The notes beneath the pieces are model-generated. The model saw only the letters and a list, made by a program, of their open reading frames with translations. It was not told the DNA's origin and did not search any database. This document shows positions 27,923 through 37,783 of a DNA stretch of 64,000 bases, in pieces (the stretch's first letter is position 1; every line of letters starts with the position of its first letter). The DNA comes from Candidatus Bathyarchaeota archaeon (GTDB lineage Archaea > Thermoproteota > Bathyarchaeia > 40CM-2-53-6), in the NCBI GenBank assembly GCA_963733055.1, contig CAVTBR010000001.1:1216001-1280000 (forward strand). Reading direction: 5' to 3'. The position numbers and the translations under genes are program-made.

Positions 27923-28356
27923 TTACTTTCCTATCTGCTTCGCGAGTAGGCCGTCGAGGCTCAGTTTTTGACTGCCGTTCATTAGTAGGACTAGGGCTCC
28001 GGCCATCAGCCCAAAATCCTTGATCAGCCCTCCCTGTCCTATCGTAAGGCCGATGGTTCCAGTAATGGCGAATTCTATGACCGCCCACACACTTACCAAC
28101 CTGGTCAGAAGACCCAAAATGAGAGCGACCGCCCCCAAGATTTCCAAGAGCGAAAAGAGATAGGTTAGCGTACGACCATACCAGAACCGAAGAGACCGCG
28201 GACCATACCGTTACCTACTGGATGGCCCATAGTCAAAGCAACCCAGCGCGGAATGCTCGAATTCAACCAGAATGCTGCGATAACCATCCTCAGAACGACG
28301 AACGCATATTGCCCCCAAGGCTTGGGAGGCGCAAACATGAATGATCTTAGACTCAA
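27923..28356 (-). CDS. DoxX-family membrane protein, one -1 frameshift near 28170
   Basis: VLRMVIA, EILGAV.LILGLLTR, KDFGL, G..KLSLD; adding one base joins both ORFs (VVPLTYLFSLLEI) into 145 codons. Confidence 0.8.
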
Positions 28357-28429
28357 CGCTCTCTCAGAGAGTTTGAGGAAAAATCGGTATTTGAGGCTTC
28401 CTAGGCGCAGGGAAGTCTTTCGCGGTTGA

Positions 28430-28834
28430 TCATGGGATGAAGATGAACATGATGAATTCTACCGCCGCCACAATCATCGTAGCTACCATTAACCATTTTG
28501 AGATTCGCATTCCATCGCCATACTTCCACATGAAACTCGCTAACAGCCCAGTTACTGCGACCACAACTCCAACTACCATTACGATGACGCCGAGTCCCAA
28601 CCGATACAATTGAAGTATCCAAATAATGCCATTAACCATGAAGAGGAAGATTGCGTCGGAGTAAGTGACTTGATGAAAGTGTGGGCCTAGAAGCTTCTTC
28701 AATGTTTGAAAATGCGCACGATCAGCTTCTTGAACCTCATCATAGATAACCCTCTCAAATAGAAGGCCCCAGGCGACCGTAACGAAAAAGAACAGTGTGG
28801 GTACAAGAAGCAAAATCCGCTCTTCCAAATCCAA
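28430..28834 (-). CDS. Hypothetical four-TM membrane protein
   Basis: Four hydrophobic segments; co-oriented with neighbours. Confidence 0.6.
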   Translation of the reverse strand: MDLEERILLLVPTLFFFVTVAWGLLFERVIYDEVQEADRAHFQTLKKLLGPHFHQVTYSDAIFLFMVNGIIWILQLYRLGLGVIVMVVGVVVAVTGLLASFMWKYGDGMRISKWLMVATMIVAAVEFIMFIFIP

Positions 28835-28961
28835 TACTCAAACCCGCTAGCAATCAGGGTCTGTGCAGTATAATTATCATTCCTTAGACCAAGGGTATTG
28901 TCAGTGCTGTCTAGGCAAATCGCGGCAAAGATGTTGATTCGTATTCGGATCTTTATGGATG

Positions 28962-29861
28962 TTAGTGCTTGTGCGTGGCGATCGCGATTCCGGCGAGCAA
29001 AAAGAATCCACCGATAATGGTGAATATTGACCAAGTCTCATTTAGCAACAATATTCCTCCAACTAAACTTACGAGAGGAATTAGGTAGAGCTGCACCGAG
29101 AGCCTTGACACCGCCCTGCTGGAAATTAGAGTGTAGAGGATCATGTTCGCGATCACCGTACTCAAAATTGCGAGATACAGCACCGACACCCATCCCGTAA
29201 GAGACAGGTTGGAGACCTGAGTGAAGAAGTTCGAGGATAGCAAGGGTAGGGTGAAGGTCGTGCCAATTACAGCGACCCAGATAGCTACTGGACGGGCGCC
29301 ATATGATTTCACGAGCGGCTTTGAACCGACGGAGAACACGCTATACATGAATGCTGCTAGTATCACCGCAAGAGGCCCCGTTATCTGAAGAAAGGTTAGG
29401 TCTGAACCTACGGAGAGAATGAAAGCCCCAACTACCGCCAACCCCAAGGCGAGCATCAGGCTCTTGCCGATATGTTCCTTCAAGAAAATCGCCGAAAGCA
29501 AGACAACAAAAATGGGAGCGAAAGAAATCAGGAGCCCAGCCAATCCTGAGGACACAATCGTCTCCGAATAGTTTAGCGAGAGATGATAACCGACGACGCT
29601 TGCGAAGGAGACTAGTAGTATTCGCGGGATGTCCCGCTTCTGAACAGGTGTCGCTGGCTTTCCATAGATGGGGGCAAGGACGAGGAAGCCGGCTGAAGCT
29701 ATCAACCATCTGAGTATGGTCAGATTGGGCGGGCTTAGCTCAAACTCTGCTCTTCTTATTGCAACAAAAGCTAGGCCCCAGAGGACGCTGAGCACTAGGA
29801 CTAACCCGTAACCCACTATGGCGATTCTTGGAGACCATCGTACCAGTGACTTCGTGTCCAC
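28962..29861 (-). CDS. EamA/DMT family transporter
   Basis: LWGLAFVAIR, two 5-TM repeats, PIFVVLL...FLKE. Confidence 0.92.
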   Translation of the reverse strand: MDTKSLVRWSPRIAIVGYGLVLVLSVLWGLAFVAIRRAEFELSPPNLTILRWLIASAGFLVLAPIYGKPATPVQKRDIPRILLVSFASVVGYHLSLNYSETIVSSGLAGLLISFAPIFVVLLSAIFLKEHIGKSLMLALGLAVVGAFILSVGSDLTFLQITGPLAVILAAFMYSVFSVGSKPLVKSYGARPVAIWVAVIGTTFTLPLLSSNFFTQVSNLSLTGWVSVLYLAILSTVIANMILYTLISSRAVSRLSVQLYLIPLVSLVGGILLLNETWSIFTIIGGFFLLAGIAIATHKH

Positions 29862-29901
29862 TTTGAAATTGCCCTTCTTCGAGTTCTGGGTGGCTTTGGT
29901 T

Positions 29902-31032
29902 TTATGGGTTGGAGGGTGGAACGGTCTGTGGATCGTGTGTGCGTTCGAGTGTCAGTAAGTCTTTCTTTCTTTTTTCACCCCAACGGTAACCTCGCAGATC
30001 GCCATTCTTTCCAACCACCCTATGGCATGGTATAACAAGGGAGACGGGGTTCGTTGCGCAAGCCTTTGCCACAGCCCTCGCGGCGTTGGGTTCGCCCAAT
30101 TCGGCTGCGATTTGGCCGTATGTGATGGTGCTGCCGTAGGGTATCGATTGGATCTCCTTCCAGACTCTGCGTTGGAAGGTGCTTGCTTGGATGTCGAGGG
30201 GTAGGTTGAGGTGCGTTTGTTGGCCGGTAAAATAATTCATGATCGCAGTGACCCATTTCTGAAGTCCCGAGTTTGTGCGGTAGAGGTCGGCTAGTGGATA
30301 TTCTTTGGATAGTGCAGATTCGACCACGGCGTCCGTGTCCCCCATGAAGACGGCACAGACCCCTTTCGGTGTCGCCGCGACTAGGAGGCGTCCCAAGGGG
30401 CAGTTCACGATTGAGTAAGCAACCCGCAACCCTTTGGCACCCCGGCGAAATGTTCCGGCGCTCATGCCGAATTGATTCGAATTTCCGTAGAACCGACTCC
30501 TCGAACTAAACCCGGCACCGTAGAGTGCTTTCGTTACTGTTTGCCCGTTCTTCAGCAAGAATTTCATCTTCGCGAGTCGGCGGGTTTGGATGTATTCGCG
30601 AGGAGAGAGGCCGACCGCTTGCTTGAACGTTCTCTGAAGATGGTACGGACTAACTCCAGACTGAACGCTGAGGCTTGAGAGTGTCAGCTTGCGATCCAAG
30701 TTGGCTTCAATGTACTTACAAACACGATCGACCACCCCAATTCCAGGATGCGATTCGTTGTCTGTCGGGTTGCATCTGTGGCAGGGACGGAATCCAGATT
30801 GTTCCGCTTCGGCGGGTGCAAAGAAGAAGACCACCTTATCCCAACTGGGACGTTTGGCAGGGCATGATGGTTTGCAGTAGATGCCAGTCGACCGAACCGC
30901 GAAAACGAAACTACCATCGCAGCTTTTGTCCCTGGCTAGGGCAGCTGCCCACATTTGAGAGCGCGTTTGCAGACTCTCTTGAATTGATGGGATCAGTTGC
31001 GGTTCGACCTCGTTCGGGTTGATGTTTGACAT
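29902..31032 (-). CDS. ada: Bifunctional Ada: Zn-binding methylphosphotriester domain, AraC HTH and O6-methylguanine methyltransferase
   Basis: STGIYCKPSC, GFRPCHRC, SPYHLQRTFK, GFSSRSRFY, NPVSLVIPCHRV. Confidence 0.93.
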   Translation of the reverse strand: MSNINPNEVEPQLIPSIQESLQTRSQMWAAALARDKSCDGSFVFAVRSTGIYCKPSCPAKRPSWDKVVFFFAPAEAEQSGFRPCHRCNPTDNESHPGIGVVDRVCKYIEANLDRKLTLSSLSVQSGVSPYHLQRTFKQAVGLSPREYIQTRRLAKMKFLLKNGQTVTKALYGAGFSSRSRFYGNSNQFGMSAGTFRRGAKGLRVAYSIVNCPLGRLLVAATPKGVCAVFMGDTDAVVESALSKEYPLADLYRTNSGLQKWVTAIMNYFTGQQTHLNLPLDIQASTFQRRVWKEIQSIPYGSTITYGQIAAELGEPNAARAVAKACATNPVSLVIPCHRVVGKNGDLRGYRWGEKRKKDLLTLERTHDPQTVPPSNP

Positions 31033-31060
31033 GGGCGGTTATTGGGGTTGACGAAATAAG

Positions 31061-31091
31061 TAGTTTGACTCCGAATCTTGCGATCAAACTA
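31061..31091. promoter_or_regulatory. Inverted repeat enclosing a candidate Ada box in the ada/dinB-family divergent promoter
   Basis: TAGTTTGA-N15-TCAAACTA; the spacer reads CGCAAGATT on the ada sense strand. Confidence 0.45.
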
Positions 31092-31133
31092 TGCTTTTCT
31101 ATGCAATCAGTACGATGAGTTGGTACGCGCCTG

Positions 31134-31646
31134 GTGAGGTTCCGTTTGTTTACAATAACTGAATTGTACTCATATGCTGCCCAAGTGAGGAGAAATTTCG
31201 CTGAGAAACTCGCAGAACTGCCCGCCGAGGTCGTTGTCAAAAACAGGGAGGCCAGCTTCTACACCATGAAGAACATTCTCGTCCATATGATCGACAATGA
31301 GGATTGGATAGTTAACTGGGTGATCCACGGGAAATCGCGGGAGTACGTGCGCAAGAAATCGGAAGAATACACGAACATGACTCAGGTCCTTCGGCATCTG
31401 GACGAGGTCGAAGGTAAAACCCGCGATTTCCTGAAAACCGCAAACGAAAAGGAATTCAGTAAACGAGTTGATTTCGTTCTATCCTCAGGAACAACCTTCA
31501 ACCTCTCCCTCGAGGAATGCCTCTTCCAATCATTTACGGAGCAACTCTACCACTTGGGCGAACTCATAGCCCTTCTATGGCAGGAGAACATTGAACCACC
31601 CAAGATGCAATGGTTCTGGAACAACCCCCGAGAACACCCAACCTAG
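31134..31646 (+). CDS. DinB/YfiT-family four-helix-bundle protein
   Basis: MKNILVHM..NEDW and EQLYHLGELIALL. Confidence 0.82.
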   Translation: MRFRLFTITELYSYAAQVRRNFAEKLAELPAEVVVKNREASFYTMKNILVHMIDNEDWIVNWVIHGKSREYVRKKSEEYTNMTQVLRHLDEVEGKTRDFLKTANEKEFSKRVDFVLSSGTTFNLSLEECLFQSFTEQLYHLGELIALLWQENIEPPKMQWFWNNPREHPT

Positions 31647-31754
31647 CTTGCATCTCTCTACATAGTCCGATCTTCTCAACTCGAATAAGTGTGTGTGTCG
31701 GCCTTTGATACTATTAGTGGTGAACACAAAACTCATGTTGTTTTCTCAATTTTG

Positions 31755-31782
31755 GTGCTCGCACCCCAATACCCATACACAC
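31755..31782 (+). repeat. Dispersed ~30-bp repeat, copy 1
   Basis: GTGCTCGCACCCCAATACCCATACACAC, 21/28 identical to the copy at 32660. Confidence 0.6.
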
Positions 31783-31865
31783 CGTGTCAAGCTCACGTAT
31801 CGATGGCACGTGAGCGACCGGAATTCTTAACCGTCAATTTCAACGGAGCTTGGCTAGGTCTTGAG

Positions 31866-32648
31866 TTGTCCACAGACAGCCGTTTTACCATTCCTTTGCT
31901 CGATAAGCTGATCCCGGACGGAATCGAGGCCGGAACCGTATTCAACGTTGAATTTGACCCGGACTCTCAGTGGTTAGCTGTTGCCACAACGATTGGGGCT
32001 AGGTACCTTCAAACCGGAGGACGAGTAGGATATGTGTCCGCGATGAGGCCGCCAGAAGCGGTCAAGAAAGATTTAGCGAAATTGGACATCGACGTCTCCG
32101 CGGCCATAGCCGAACGGCGTCTTAACGTGGACGATTGGTATACTGCAACTCTCACGGGAGGTCGGATTACCACCGAGCAGGAAAAGACAGGTTTGTTGGA
32201 GCCGATTGATGGAGGTACTCGTGTGCGGTCTATAAAAGTCGCTGACTTGAGCGTTGAATGGCTTAGATTGTCAAAGGAAGGTCCACGGCCGTTTGACGTA
32301 ATTGAAACTTGGCCGCCGGGGGCCTTGACGATCTTCGACTCTCTTACTGAGGTAACGCGATTTAATGAAGAAAATTCCTACTTGGAATACGCAATTACTC
32401 GAGGCTGGACGAATGAGCGTAAAGCGAAAAGAATTCGGATCGGTGGAGTTGCTCGCGGTGTTCAGGCAGAGTCATTCTATAAGCGACTCGAAGGCGCGAG
32501 CGATGGAATCATAGACCTCCGAGTGATGGAACGCGATGATGAAGCGAAAAACTTCCTCCGGGTTAGGAGCCTGAAAGGCCAGCCACATGACGCCCGCTGG
32601 CATGAGATAGAACTCAAACCAAACGGGGAAACAATGCTGGTCAGCTAG
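31866..32648 (+). CDS. KaiC/RAD55-like protein with substituted Walker A (paralog 1)
   Basis: IPLLDKLIPDG, VEFDPDSQW in place of GxPGxGKT, IFDSL, DGIIDL, RVRSLKG..HD.RW; likely TTG start 31866. Confidence 0.82.
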   Translation: MSTDSRFTIPLLDKLIPDGIEAGTVFNVEFDPDSQWLAVATTIGARYLQTGGRVGYVSAMRPPEAVKKDLAKLDIDVSAAIAERRLNVDDWYTATLTGGRITTEQEKTGLLEPIDGGTRVRSIKVADLSVEWLRLSKEGPRPFDVIETWPPGALTIFDSLTEVTRFNEENSYLEYAITRGWTNERKAKRIRIGGVARGVQAESFYKRLEGASDGIIDLRVMERDDEAKNFLRVRSLKGQPHDARWHEIELKPNGETMLVS

Positions 32649-32655
32649 GCTCTTG

Positions 32656-32687
32656 GTGTGTGTGCGCACCATTAGACCCACACACAC
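32656..32687 (+). repeat. Dispersed ~30-bp hairpin repeat, copy 2
   Basis: GTGTGTGTG-CGCACCATTAGACC-CACACACAC, 9-bp inverted arms. Confidence 0.75.
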
Positions 32688-32699
32688 AAAACTAACTGG

Positions 32700-32927
32700 A
32701 TGCTGATCTCACTCGAAAACAAGGATCTGGTGAAACTGCCACCAAAACTTACCTTACTTTGTGCCGAATGCAACGCCCCGTTCGAGAAGATTGGCTGGAT
32801 TATTGGGACAAGAGCCGGTATCGGAGGTATCCCCGGCTACGCTTGGTACTACGTCAAGTGTCCCAACTGTGGCAAACGGCACTGGAACAAACTCATTCAC
32901 CTGGAAATTGGCAAACGGCCACAATGA
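32700..32927 (+). CDS. Small zinc-ribbon protein
   Basis: CAEC and YVKCPNCGKRHWN. Confidence 0.65.
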   Translation: MLISLENKDLVKLPPKLTLLCAECNAPFEKIGWIIGTRAGIGGIPGYAWYYVKCPNCGKRHWNKLIHLEIGKRPQ

Positions 32928-33160
32928 ATGCTGAGAATGCCAAGGTCCTCCGGGTTGAGGACATCTGACACGGTGTCACCGTGAGATAAGAGAGGAAAGA
33001 CCCGCTGGAAGGGTTGAGTGAATTGGTTTCTCGCGATCACGTGATGCATGAATGATTCATTCATTCTGTTTATCACCGGCCGCGACGTTTCGTCGGTCGT
33101 AAGGATGTGTGAGAAGAGTTGTACTCGCAACCGTTGAAAAGAGCTAGGAGAGTGAGTGGA

Positions 33161-34567
33161 ATGTTTGAACGCAGGACTGCGGTTGTGGTTCTTGCCGCCC
33201 TCATCATAGTGGGTCTGCTGATAGGTACAGTGGGCACTTGGATTTACTTTGCGAACCCTGCTTCAAGCAATAACAGCCTCCTCAGTTCAACTTCATTTTC
33301 AATCTCATCCACGGCATCGCAGGAAATTGCATGTTCCAACGTCGCCCAATATGACGAGAGCATACCCCCCGCTTACCAGTCTATGTACACTACGTTGAGC
33401 CAGATTTTGGACGACTTCAACCAGACCGTAAGCGGAACCCCGCCGACGGCAAGCCATGGAGTAATCTATGCTACTGAATTGCTTCCGGCAGATTCGAACA
33501 TAGGCGAAAGGCTCCTCGCGCCGCAGGTGATGCAAGGCGTTGTCAACTTTCTAAACGGAATCCAGAAACTAGGCGTTGAGGGCGTCACAATCGACGTATC
33601 CTACCCGATCCTGGTTCCGTCGTTCCCGAACTACACTCAGTACCTGAATTTCTACGAGAACGTTGTCGAGCAGGTCCGAGCTAGAGGAATGAAGATAGAC
33701 ATAGAGTCGGAGACTCCCCTACTGGTTGGGTACCCTGGTCTCTCACTGGGTTCTGTGAACTACGCGAACCTGAGTTACGACAACTATGTGAGTGAAGATA
33801 GGACAATGATTCAAACAGTGATAAGCGACCTACACCCCGACTACCTGAACATAGGAACCGAAACCGACACGTTACAAATACTCCTCCCCTACTCAGAGAT
33901 CAGCACCCCCCAAGGATGGGGCACGTACATCAATTCCTTACTCACAGGATTGAACAAAGGTAGCACGAAAATTAATGTTGGAATCGGCACCTGGGATCCT
34001 ATCAGCTACCTATATGCTACACTCAACAATTCAGCAATAGATGCCATCGACATCCACATCTACCCAGTCTACGGCAACTATCTTTCAATTCTAACCCAGA
34101 TAGGCCAGCTCTCCCGACAGTACGGCAAACCAATCGTTATCGATGAAATGTGGCTCCACAAGAGCACAATGAATGAAGGCCACAACTTCGCCACGGACGC
34201 GGGAATCTCAGCCCGAAACATGTACGCTTTCTGGGCTCCCCTCGACGAGAAATTCTTGAAGGTCATGGCGACGTACTCGCAAGTCTACAATGTTGCCTTC
34301 ATATCGCCCTTCGAATCCACGTACTTCTTCGCGTACCTGAACTACACCTCTAGCTCGGCCAGCGTGCCATACTATGAAGCGAGACAGGTGTCATCCCGAG
34401 CCGCCGCCTACAACCTCGCAAACGGCCTCATATCTCCCCTAGGCTGCTACTACCAAAGCATGATCAAGAACCTGACACCGCTTAGCATCTCATCTTTCGC
34501 AACCGAGACCATGCTTAGCTCCGCTGTACAATGTGAAGTTCCGTCGATCCGATGCGAAAGACGGTAA
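33161..34567 (+). CDS. Membrane-anchored clan GH-A-like glycoside hydrolase (TIM barrel)
   Basis: N-terminal TM, Ser-rich linker, NIGTE (acid/base), IDIHIY, PIVIDE (nucleophile). Confidence 0.65.
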   Translation: MFERRTAVVVLAALIIVGLLIGTVGTWIYFANPASSNNSLLSSTSFSISSTASQEIACSNVAQYDESIPPAYQSMYTTLSQILDDFNQTVSGTPPTASHGVIYATELLPADSNIGERLLAPQVMQGVVNFLNGIQKLGVEGVTIDVSYPILVPSFPNYTQYLNFYENVVEQVRARGMKIDIESETPLLVGYPGLSLGSVNYANLSYDNYVSEDRTMIQTVISDLHPDYLNIGTETDTLQILLPYSEISTPQGWGTYINSLLTGLNKGSTKINVGIGTWDPISYLYATLNNSAIDAIDIHIYPVYGNYLSILTQIGQLSRQYGKPIVIDEMWLHKSTMNEGHNFATDAGISARNMYAFWAPLDEKFLKVMATYSQVYNVAFISPFESTYFFAYLNYTSSSASVPYYEARQVSSRAAAYNLANGLISPLGCYYQSMIKNLTPLSISSFATETMLSSAVQCEVPSIRCERR

Positions 34568-34581
34568 GCTTGCAGGAGGCC

Positions 34582-34607
34582 GTGTGCGCACCATCAGACC
34601 CACACAC
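34582..34607 (+). repeat. Dispersed hairpin repeat, copy 3
   Basis: GTGTGCGCACCATCAGACCCACACAC, 25/26 identical to copy 2. Confidence 0.8.
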
Positions 34608-34623
34608 CTATTCAGTCCTGGAT

Positions 34624-34824
34624 TCAGCGTTCGATCTTGAAACCGATCCTCACGACTGCCTGGAATTGACTCACTTTGTTTTCCTTGATGGTTCCCCTGA
34701 ACTGGGTTGCTTCGAACCATTGCATTTGCTTGACGGTCTTCCCTGCTTCCTCAACGGCATTTCTAACTGCGTTCGCAAAGCTCTCATTTGATTCACCAAT
34801 AACCTCGATAATCTTCCAAACCAA
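34624..34824 (-). CDS. Dodecin (flavin-binding protein)
   Basis: MVWKIIEVIGES.ESFANAV.NAV..A.KT...WFE..RG.I....FQ....IGF; GGAGGTGA SD before TTG 34824. Confidence 0.9.
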   Translation of the reverse strand: MVWKIIEVIGESNESFANAVRNAVEEAGKTVKQMQWFEATQFRGTIKENKVSQFQAVVRIGFKIER

Positions 34825-34877
34825 ATCGCTCACCTCCCCAAACCAAACACTTGCATGATGGTTCAAAACTACTATTT

Positions 34878-34909
34878 GTGTGTGTTTGGTTCGGCTGGCG
34901 CTCACACAC
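34878..34909 (-). repeat. Dispersed hairpin repeat, copy 4 (inverted)
   Basis: Reverse complement GTGTGTGAGCGCCAGCCGAACCAAACACACAC resembles copies 2 and 3. Confidence 0.6.
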
Positions 34910-34997
34910 TAAAGTGAAGAGAGAGAATCCAACCTAACAGCTAATACTGTATTCTCGGAACAGATTTCGAAGAAATCTTAGGAGTGAATTATCCAAA

Positions 34998-35966
34998 ATG
35001 CAGGGCATTCTTTACCTCTCTCGTAAGGACGTTGAGGTTCTTGATTTCAGGATGATAGACGTAATCGCTGCCGTGGAGGAAGCCTTCAAAGAGAGAGGGA
35101 CAGGAGGGGCGGAAATGCCTCCCAAGCCTGGAGTTCACCCTCCTCATGATGCTTTCATCCATGCAATGCCAGCTTACCTTCCGGGTATGTCGGCTGTTGG
35201 AGTGAAATGGGTAAGCGGGTACCCGGAGAACTTCAAACAGGGACTGCCTTACATCTCGGGGTTGATAATTCTGAACGATCCGAAGACGGGTTTGCCGATT
35301 TCTGTGATGGATGCAACGTGGATAACCGCTAAGCGCACCGGAGCAGCCACAGCTTTGGCCGCCAAGTATCTTGCGAGACCAGAATCGAAGATTGTCGGAA
35401 TCATTGGTTGCGGAGTTCAGGGACGGAGCAACCTGGAAGCGCTCGAGGCGCTAATGAAACTTGAAGAGGTCAGAGCCCACGATACTTCATCCGCAAACCT
35501 TCACCGGTACGTCGAAGAGATGACGACGAAATTCAGCATTAAAGTGAAACCGGTTAACAGTCCCCGAGAAGCCGTCGAGGGGTCAGATATTATTGTGACC
35601 GCTGGGCCAATCTTGAAGCACCCAAGTCCAATCATTGAGAAGTCTTGGCTGAAGGCTGGGGTATTCGCATCTCCTGTAGACTTCGATTCTTACTGGAAGC
35701 CTGAAGCTATGCGGACGATGGATAAATTCTACACCGACGATATCCAGCAGCTGGAGTACTATAGATCGACAGGATACTTCCAAAACCTTCCCAGTGTCTA
35801 CGCGGAATTGGGGGAAGTAGTGGCTGGTCGCAAAGCCGGAAGAGAAAGTGCGGACGAGCGGATTATGTCGATGAATCTGGGTGTCGCAATTGAGGACGTT
35901 GCGGTCGCGGCGCAGATTTACCGAGAGGCAAGGAGAAAAGGAGTAGGGAAAGAGCTGTCCCTGTAA
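34998..35966 (+). CDS. Ornithine cyclodeaminase/mu-crystallin family (archaeal alanine dehydrogenase-like)
   Basis: MPPKP, AMPAY, VKWVS, TAKRTGA, IGCGVQG, GVAIED. Confidence 0.9.
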   Translation: MQGILYLSRKDVEVLDFRMIDVIAAVEEAFKERGTGGAEMPPKPGVHPPHDAFIHAMPAYLPGMSAVGVKWVSGYPENFKQGLPYISGLIILNDPKTGLPISVMDATWITAKRTGAATALAAKYLARPESKIVGIIGCGVQGRSNLEALEALMKLEEVRAHDTSSANLHRYVEEMTTKFSIKVKPVNSPREAVEGSDIIVTAGPILKHPSPIIEKSWLKAGVFASPVDFDSYWKPEAMRTMDKFYTDDIQQLEYYRSTGYFQNLPSVYAELGEVVAGRKAGRESADERIMSMNLGVAIEDVAVAAQIYREARRKGVGKELSL

Positions 35967-35979
35967 TGGTCTTGCGAGT

Positions 35980-36609
35980 TCAACCTACCGTCAATATTGT
36001 CTGTGCAAAGTCTCCCTGGTTCCCCGTGACCTGAACAACATACGAGCCGGGCAGAACATTTCCGACAATGAAACCACCATAAGCGGTCCCGCCTTGGACG
36101 ACGCACGCAGCCGTACCCGGTAGGATTGGGTTCGGAGAAGAGGGACTGGAGAGTTGGCAGGTTGTATCCGTTGGGAGTAGGCCAGTGGCTTGAATCGAGA
36201 CTCTAGATCCGGCCTGAAGGCTAACGGGGTTGCTCATGCCAGACTGGCTGGTGCTTCCACCTACTTGGATAATGGCTTGCGCGAAGTCCCCATCATTTCC
36301 TGTGACTTGAATCACGTACGAGCCGGGTAAGACGTTTCCAACGATGAAACCACCGTCAGGCGCGCCGGTTCCGACTTGAACGACACAAGCTGAGTTAATG
36401 AAGAGTGAGTTTGACGAAGGGCTTGAAACATTGCAAGTCGTATCAGTTGGTAGGAAGCCCGTGCCGCTGAATGACACCTCGTGGTTCGAGCCGCCGCTTA
36501 ACGCGATCACAGGTTCAGATTGAACGGACAGGAGTAGAGTGCTAGCTGCGGAGATCAGAAGGGCACACACTAGGATCGTTCCGATGAGTCTCAACGGTAA
36601 CCCATCCAT
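35980..36609 (-). CDS. Secreted protein with two tandem ~75-aa Ig-like repeats
   Basis: Signal/TM segment, then TG(F/L)LPTDTTC..SSPSS...ACVVQ...GGFIVGNVLPGSYV.QVTGN.GDFAQ twice. Confidence 0.75.
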   Translation of the reverse strand: MDGLPLRLIGTILVCALLISAASTLLLSVQSEPVIALSGGSNHEVSFSGTGFLPTDTTCNVSSPSSNSLFINSACVVQVGTGAPDGGFIVGNVLPGSYVIQVTGNDGDFAQAIIQVGGSTSQSGMSNPVSLQAGSRVSIQATGLLPTDTTCQLSSPSSPNPILPGTAACVVQGGTAYGGFIVGNVLPGSYVVQVTGNQGDFAQTILTVG

Positions 36610-36681
36610 TCTCCTATCATGGAATTATTGTTTGTGATAGGGAGGCATAACTGAAATCATGATATGAGCGTCGTCTAGTGA

Positions 36682-37635
36682 TTAGGATGGACGAATGCCT
36701 TCTGTTCTTTTCAGAACGCGGAGTGCGGTAAGAGTGATCCATTTGCTCGGCTTTCCCTCTACTTCCAACGCAAATGGTTTAGGCCGTTTTCTTAAACGAT
36801 AGCTCGCACCAACGCCTAGGTCGGGGTGGATGGCGTCGAGGGCCCATCTCCCGTCAGGCCTGAGCTTGTTCTGTAAGATTTGTAGGGCTGGTTTCAAGCG
36901 TCGGTCGTCTGCGTATCCGAGACCGGTTATGATATCTAAACCGACGAGTAGGTCGTAGTAGTAGTGGACCGGGTAGTGGAACCTGAGCCAAGGCGGGTAG
37001 CTATGCCCCTCTCTGAACAGTTTCCGCTCTAAGTAGAATTCCGCACCTCGCTCAGCAGAGCGTTTGATTCCTCGGGTACGCCGATTCCTAGGCAAGGCTG
37101 CGAAAGCTGCAAGGGCTTCCCAGCAGTCAAGAGTTCCTCTGGACGATTCAAAACAGTGCCACCCTCCGTCTTCTTTTTGATCTTCAACCAGTCTATCAAA
37201 TAATCTTCTCACTCTAGGATCGTCTTCGTATCCAAAACGGGTCAGCATCCGAGCCGTGTTGCCTACAATGCATACTTCATCGTTGAAAATATTCTCCGCG
37301 GAAGGTAATGGAAGCCATTGCTTGAAGAATAAATCGGCAGCCTTTCTGACCCATTTGTTTTCCTTAGTTAACCCCAGATCGGAGAGAATGAGTGCCATCC
37401 AGTTTGTCGCCCTGTACTTGGGCGTGTAGAGATTCTTACCTGACTCCCAGAACCCGCCAGCATTCTGCGCTTTGAGGATTTGATACACCCAGCCGAGTTT
37501 CGAAATATTGGAATGAGTCCTCCGAACTTCGTGGTTGTCTTTTGAATAGTCCAGTAAGTCCAGGAGCGTATAGTATCGGACGGATGGCTGATTAGGTTCC
37601 AACAGCCAATTCAAGACTTCTTGACCCGGTTTCAT
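36682..37635 (-). CDS. Prenyltransferase/squalene-cyclase-like alpha-barrel protein
   Basis: QxxxGxW repeats (QNAGGFW, QKEDGGW, RPDGRW), YP..YYYDLL, G.PSKWIT. Confidence 0.75.
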   Translation of the reverse strand: MKPGQEVLNWLLEPNQPSVRYYTLLDLLDYSKDNHEVRRTHSNISKLGWVYQILKAQNAGGFWESGKNLYTPKYRATNWMALILSDLGLTKENKWVRKAADLFFKQWLPLPSAENIFNDEVCIVGNTARMLTRFGYEDDPRVRRLFDRLVEDQKEDGGWHCFESSRGTLDCWEALAAFAALPRNRRTRGIKRSAERGAEFYLERKLFREGHSYPPWLRFHYPVHYYYDLLVGLDIITGLGYADDRRLKPALQILQNKLRPDGRWALDAIHPDLGVGASYRLRKRPKPFALEVEGKPSKWITLTALRVLKRTEGIRPS

Positions 37636-37783
37636 CAGTTAATCAGCTAGAATTCGTTTTGACGATACTTAAGCCGGATGATGACCCGTGATCCCCGTAC
37701 GTGCCTTTATTCTAGGCTATTGGGCGACGCAGCCATTTACTAGAGGTTATTTTCCGGGGCATACAAGAGCCGTCTGAGTAACA

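Noticed and set aside
31689-31865. N-terminal extension of KaiC-like paralog 1
   Set aside because: It crosses a repeat copy and promoter-like DNA; paralog similarity starts at TTG 31866
34825-34905. N-terminal extension of dodecin
   Set aside because: SD and family N-terminus point to TTG 34824; the extension overlaps a repeat
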